A stretch of DNA of 64,000 nucleotides, taken from the NCBI GenBank assembly GCA_010093815.1, contig ML996568.1; one strand, 5' to 3'. Both the position numbers and the translations under genes were made by a program. Under the pieces are notes generated by a model. It was not told where the DNA came from, searched no databases, and was given only the letters and a program-made list of their open reading frames with translations. Positions 63,024-64,000 of the stretch are shown one piece after another. Numbering within the stretch: position 1 is the first letter of the stretch; each line of letters opens with the position of its first letter. This DNA comes from Pseudovirgaria hyperparasitica (lineage: Eukaryota).

Positions 63024-63629
63024 GATTGTTAGTCGATTAAGGAGTCAGGAATTCTGATCTCGAGAGGTATTTGACTTGCGACAACTGACTAACTCATACT
63101 ACCTTCGAGTCATCACAATAGCACCCGCACAAAATTGTTCGGCACCCGGAGAAACCTAGCTGCCGTGCCCCTCCTAAGGCCCCTCACCAGGAGATGACGG
63201 CTAGCCTCATATATACTGCGGCTGGGATGCAGATTACGTAGTTGCGTGCGGGTAATTAGTGGAGTCTGCCCGCCACAGAGCGTCAATCGTGTTCTAGTTG
63301 GCTGCCTGAGGCTCCTCACCCGGAAAGGGATGGTTATTTATATGAAGTTGAACCACGCATGGATATATATACGTGGAGCTCTTATCACTTACGTCTCATA
63401 AATTGGAACATTATCCATCTCAACTCTCCCGGCATATATTCACTCCTATGTACCATACGTATTGACGCTATCGTATTCTGTCCATGATCCATCACATATT
63501 CGTCACATGTTTGTCAGACAGCCTACCTCCACACATATCCATCGGTGTCACACTCCTCCCTGACTGACCACTCATGTCGATACAATGAGCGATTTCGATA
63601 ATTAGGATGCGACGAACAACCACGGCGCC

Positions 63630-64000
63630 ATGATGGAGATTCACCACGGCACAGCACGAGACCTTGACGCCCAATGCGACCACGAATACGTCCACACCCT
63701 GTTCAGAGGCCCCAGAGCACCGCCGTCTCAGACTTCCCTTCATACATCTAATCCCAGCGACGACCCTCCAAGTTACGTGGGTGACTTGAAGGAACACCGC
63801 GATTTCCTAATTGACTTTGATGCTCCTGGCCCTGCTTCTGCTCCGCCGCATTCGCCCACGACCACGGGCAGCACCTCCCTGTCAGCATCATGGGATGAGT
63901 ATGCGGCCTTTTCACTCTTTCAACTACCACGAGAACTTCGAGATTTTATCTACGGGCACGCTCTAACCCCATCGAACCATCGTGTTCTGGTTGAGATCGA
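63630..64000 (+). CDS. 5' part of a hypothetical protein with an F-box-like motif (truncated by window end)
   Basis: Frame open from ATG 63630 to the window end (absent from the ORF track); contains FSLFQLPRELRDFIYGHAL; an upstream exon is possible. Confidence 0.6.
   Translation, partial: MMEIHHGTARDLDAQCDHEYVHTLFRGPRAPPSQTSLHTSNPSDDPPSYVGDLKEHRDFLIDFDAPGPASAPPHSPTTTGSTSLSASWDEYAAFSLFQLPRELRDFIYGHALTPSNHRVLVEI

Overview
Eukaryotic DNA from a filamentous ascomycete (Pezizomycotina-type genes; mostly 44-58 nt introns with CTRAC-like branch points). The finer taxonomy cannot be fixed from the sequence. I saw no tRNA, rRNA, CRISPR array or intact transposon. The region 1-31 kb is gene-dense: a GPI-anchored cell-wall protein, a TCO89-like protein, two low-complexity hypothetical proteins, a Pca1-type P1B heavy-metal ATPase, RAD4/XPC, a GH25 muramidase, DBF4/nimO, ATG12, panB/ECM31 and a tandem GRF zinc-finger protein. 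The region ~31-54.5 kb is a microsatellite-rich gene desert holding one credible gene, a DUF1752/DUF3295 (Mks1-like) regulator. The most unusual element is at 54.5-57 kb: three co-oriented small secreted Cys-containing proteins with acidic tails. One consists of three HET-s-like amyloid repeats, and two are paralogous, unusually hydrophilic 8-Cys hydrophobin-pattern proteins, one ending in D13-G-D15. They are followed by a secreted amidase, a cytosolic lysyl-tRNA synthetase with a ~230-aa in-frame insertion and a GC-AG intron, and the 5' part of an F-box-like gene. All family calls come from motif recognition by eye; no database search was run.
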